A stretch of 63,182 nt of DNA, filler included, from Reclinomonas americana ATCC 50394 (lineage: Eukaryota): NCBI GenBank assembly GCA_048213135.1. It is 20 parts of 20 records of this genome, joined end to end, with 100 filler letters (N's around TTAATTAATTAA, not from the genome) between each part and the next. Parts side by side here need not be neighbours in the genome. Positions count along the whole stretch, not along the records: positions 59,928 to 62,039 come from AFZH01020082.1; positions 62,140 to 63,182 come from AFZH01020085.1; 18 more parts are not named here. One strand, 5' to 3'. The translations under genes and the position numbers were made by a program. The notes under the pieces are model-generated. The model did no database searches, was not told the origin of the DNA, and saw nothing but the letters and a program-made list of their open reading frames with translations. Positions 60,600-63,182 of the stretch are shown piece after piece. The first letter of the stretch is position 1; each line of letters starts with the position of its first letter.

Positions 60600-61004
60600 C
60601 TACGCCCCCAGCAGATCCACCAGCGGCGGGATCAGCGGCTCGTCGGCCGGCGGCATGGCGAGGTCGCGCAGCTTGCCGGGGCGGACCCATTTCAACGCCT
60701 GCCCCTCGCGCGACATCACCGTCCCCTCCCAGCGCCGGCAGATATAGAGCGGCATCAAGAGGTGGAACTCGGGATAGGCGTAGCTGGCGAAGGTCAGCGG
60801 CGCGAGGCAAGCTTCCTTGACCTCGATGCCGAGTTCCTCGGCGAGCTCGCGGATCAGCGCCGGCTCCGGTCGTTCCCCGGCTTCGAGCTTGCCGCCGGGA
60901 AACTCCCACAAGCCCGCCAGGGCCTTGCCCTCGGGACGTTGGGTGACGAGCACGCGATTGTCGGAATCGACCAGCGCGCAGGCGACGACGAGCAGCAGTT
61001 TCAC
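60600..61004 (-). CDS. mutT: 8-oxo-dGTP diphosphatase (Nudix)
   Basis: WEFPGGKLEAGE..ALIRELAEELG and MPPAD. Confidence 0.9.
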   Translation of the reverse strand: MKLLLVVACALVDSDNRVLVTQRPEGKALAGLWEFPGGKLEAGERPEPALIRELAEELGIEVKEACLAPLTFASYAYPEFHLLMPLYICRRWEGTVMSREGQALKWVRPGKLRDLAMPPADEPLIPPLVDLLGA

Positions 61005-61010
61005 GAAAAG

Positions 61011-61526
61011 CTAATGTCCCGAGAGGATGACCTCGACCGGCTCGGTTTCCTTGCCGGTCAGCGTGATCTCGTCATAGACCGTGCCGCCCTCGCGGAAAAC
61101 CTGATCCTCCTCGCCCCAGATCACCTGGGTCGAGACGAAATAGGTGCCGGGCGCAACCTTGTCGAAGCTGAACTTCCCTCGCGCCGTCGTCTTGGTCGTG
61201 CGGGTGAACTCGGCATAGCGCGGATCGACCTGCTCGTTCGGATAGCGCCAGTGTGGCAGGAATTTGGTCTTGCCGAAGACGCGATTGAAGCGCTCGCGGG
61301 CATAGGCCGTCGCCGGGATCAGCCGGACGACCTCGCCGGCGGCATTGACGACCTGTCCCTTGGAGCGTGTCCTGAAGGCGTGGCCCTCGATCACGCCGGT
61401 CCCGGTTTTCCGGATGAAGGCCGCCTCCTCGGCCGAGAAGGAGGGTGCCGTCGGCGATGACGGCCCCTGCGCGACACAGGCTCCCAACAGGGCCGCAAGA
61501 CCCAGCACGCAGGCTATCCTCATCAT
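61011..61526 (-). CDS. Lipoprotein (carboxypeptidase-regulatory-like fold)
   Basis: Lipobox LGAC; G.F.FDKVAPGTYFV. Confidence 0.7.
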   Translation of the reverse strand: MMRIACVLGLAALLGACVAQGPSSPTAPSFSAEEAAFIRKTGTGVIEGHAFRTRSKGQVVNAAGEVVRLIPATAYARERFNRVFGKTKFLPHWRYPNEQVDPRYAEFTRTTKTTARGKFSFDKVAPGTYFVSTQVIWGEEDQVFREGGTVYDEITLTGKETEPVEVILSGH

Positions 61527-62039
61527 CTGGCACGTCCCCCCGCCGGCGCCGTCGAGACCAGGAAGACGCCTGCGAGGATGATGCAACCTCCGATGATCTG
61601 CCGCAACTCCAGCGTTTCGCCGAGGACCAGTACACCCATGGCGGCAGCGACCGCGGGAACGAGATAGCCGGTCATCGCCGCCCGGGTCGGCCCGGCAGCG
61701 CGGATCAATCGCATGAAGAACGTCACCGGCAATGCCGTCGCGAACACGCCGAGCGCCAGCACGGCCTGCCAATGCGGTGCAAGGGCCCCGAGCGCCCCCC
61801 AGCCCGAGAAGATCAGTGTCAACAGCAGCGCTCCGGTGCCCGAGACCATCTGCTGGCCCAGCGCCAGCCGGATCGGATCGCCGGCTCGCGGCGGCACCGC
61901 GCGCGTATAGAGATTGGCGCAGCTGTAGGACAGCGTCGCACCGACCATGGCGAGCAGGCTGAGCGCCGTACCGCCGCCCTCGGCCAGGCGCGGCCCGATT
62001 AGGATGGCGACGCCAGCCATGCCGATGAGGATGCCGAGG
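61523..62039 (-). CDS. DMT/EamA transporter, 5'-partial
   Basis: GPTRAAM.GYLVP..GVLVLGE. Confidence 0.85.
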
Positions 62040-62139
62040 NNNNNNNNNNNNNNNNNNNNNNNNNNNNNNNNNNNNNNNNNNNNTTAATTAATTAANNNNN
62101 NNNNNNNNNNNNNNNNNNNNNNNNNNNNNNNNNNNNNNN

Positions 62140-62802
62140 GTCGTGCGCTTCGCCAACGGCTATTCCGGCCGCGCCAACTCCGCCTCCTCGCTGCGCGAGG
62201 GCGGCGACATGGACGAGGCGACGCTGGCCTTCGTCGAGGGCCTCTATCGCCAGGCCGGCCTGCCACCGCGCATCCGCTTTACACCGCTGGTCGCCGAGAG
62301 CGCTCGCCGCCGCTTCGCCGAGCGCGGCTACCGCATCGAGACCGCCTCCTTCGGCATGGTCGCCGAGCTCGATCCCCATCTGCACTTGCCCATTCCCGGC
62401 ATGGTCGCGACCGCACAGGCGGACGATGCCTGGATCGACGGCGTCTGCAGCCACCAGACCGGCGCGAAGCGCAACCGCGAGCATCTCGCCGCAATCGTCT
62501 CCGGCGTGCGCGTTCCCGCCGCTTTCGCCACGCTGCTGCATGAGGGGCGCCCGGCCGCCTATGCGATGAGCGTCGCCGAGCGCGGCATGGCCGAGATCGG
62601 CGCGGTGGTCGTCGACGAAACCTTGCGCGGCAAGGGCCTCGGCAAGCAGATGATGCTGGGGCTGATGGGCTGGGCCGCGGCGCAGGGCTGCAATCAGGCC
62701 TATCTCCAGGTCGACCAGAGCAACGGCCTCGCCTTCGAGATGTACAAGCGGCTCGGCTTCCGCGCGGTCTACGCCTATGAGACGCGGATTCTCGACGTCT
62801 GA
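62140..62802 (+). CDS. GNAT acetyltransferase, 5'-partial
   Basis: GYSGRANS, RGKGLG and AYLQV..N..A..MYKRLGF. Confidence 0.85.
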   Translation, partial: VVRFANGYSGRANSASSLREGGDMDEATLAFVEGLYRQAGLPPRIRFTPLVAESARRRFAERGYRIETASFGMVAELDPHLHLPIPGMVATAQADDAWIDGVCSHQTGAKRNREHLAAIVSGVRVPAAFATLLHEGRPAAYAMSVAERGMAEIGAVVVDETLRGKGLGKQMMLGLMGWAAAQGCNQAYLQVDQSNGLAFEMYKRLGFRAVYAYETRILDV

Positions 62803-62827
62803 TCTCCCATAATCGGAGCGGGGCTCC

Positions 62828-62873
62828 GCCGTCTTTCCGGGCTCGCTGCTGCGCAGCGCCCCGGAAAGACGGC
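62828..62873. terminator. Intergenic hairpin between convergent genes (terminator or REP-like)
   Basis: 14-bp stem GCCGTCTTTCCGGG..CCCGGAAAGACGGC. Confidence 0.6.
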
Positions 62874-62877
62874 TGCG

Positions 62878-63182
62878 CTAACCCTCGGCCGCCTTCGGCT
62901 CGGCACCCCGAGCTGCCGGCCCGAAGCTCGCGACCAGCGCCCCGACGACGATCAGCACGCAGGACAGGGCGAGCAGCCAGCTCGCCGGCGCATAGCCGGC
63001 AATCACCAGGATCACGGTCGAGAGCACCGGCGCTGCATAAGAGGCGACGCCGAGGAAGGCGACGTCGCCTTTCTTCATGCCGATGTCCCAGCAGATGAAG
63101 GCGAGCCCGATCGACCCCAGGCCGAGGCCGAGCACGCCGCCCCATTCGACGGCACTCGGCGCCCACAGGGTCGTCTCGAAGG
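62878..63182 (-). CDS. DMT/EamA (YddG-like) transporter, 5'-partial
   Basis: AFICWDIGMKKGD..LGVASYAAPVLST. Confidence 0.85.
   Translation of the reverse strand, partial: FETTLWAPSAVEWGGVLGLGLGSIGLAFICWDIGMKKGDVAFLGVASYAAPVLSTVILVIAGYAPASWLLALSCVLIVVGALVASFGPAARGAEPKAAEG

Overview
The window is a concatenation of 20 contig pieces joined by artificial 100-nt linkers (N44-TTAATTAATTAA-N44), and it holds DNA from two organisms. Positions 1-32597 are an intron-rich unicellular eukaryote: GT-AG introns with long CT-rich or minisatellite tracts, GC-rich exons and the standard code. Reconstructed spliced genes are a TIGAR/GpmB-like histidine phosphatase, a UXT-like prefoldin, a very long low-complexity protein probably ending in ankyrin repeats, a tandem cluster of ankyrin/coiled-coil genes (one fused to an RLK/Pelle-IRAK-type kinase), an ANKRD13-like protein with two WW domains, and FIBP. 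An 11-copy hairpin repeat array lies at about 6.0-7.0 kb. Positions 32698-63182 are a GC-rich alphaproteobacterium (Hyphomicrobiales-like). It starts with conjugative-element pieces: mobC, a candidate oriT, parA/virC1-like, DUF1173, a PAPS-reductase-like gene, a parB/ardC remnant, an Xre-RES toxin-antitoxin pair and a helicase-methylase tail. Chromosomal-type genes follow: haloalkane dehalogenase, epoxide hydrolase, a putative nuclease toxin-immunity pair, a glycosyltransferase/ABC cluster, amidohydrolase plus ABC importer, PagL-like, maiA, class A beta-lactamase with an AmpR-like regulator, gltD, mutT and DMT transporters. The most interesting items are the GNA-triloop hairpin array, the KYNPDQPRVPA-leader nuclease toxin/immunity pair and the ankyrin/coiled-coil/Pelle-kinase cluster. 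All calls come from motif recognition by eye; no searches were run.
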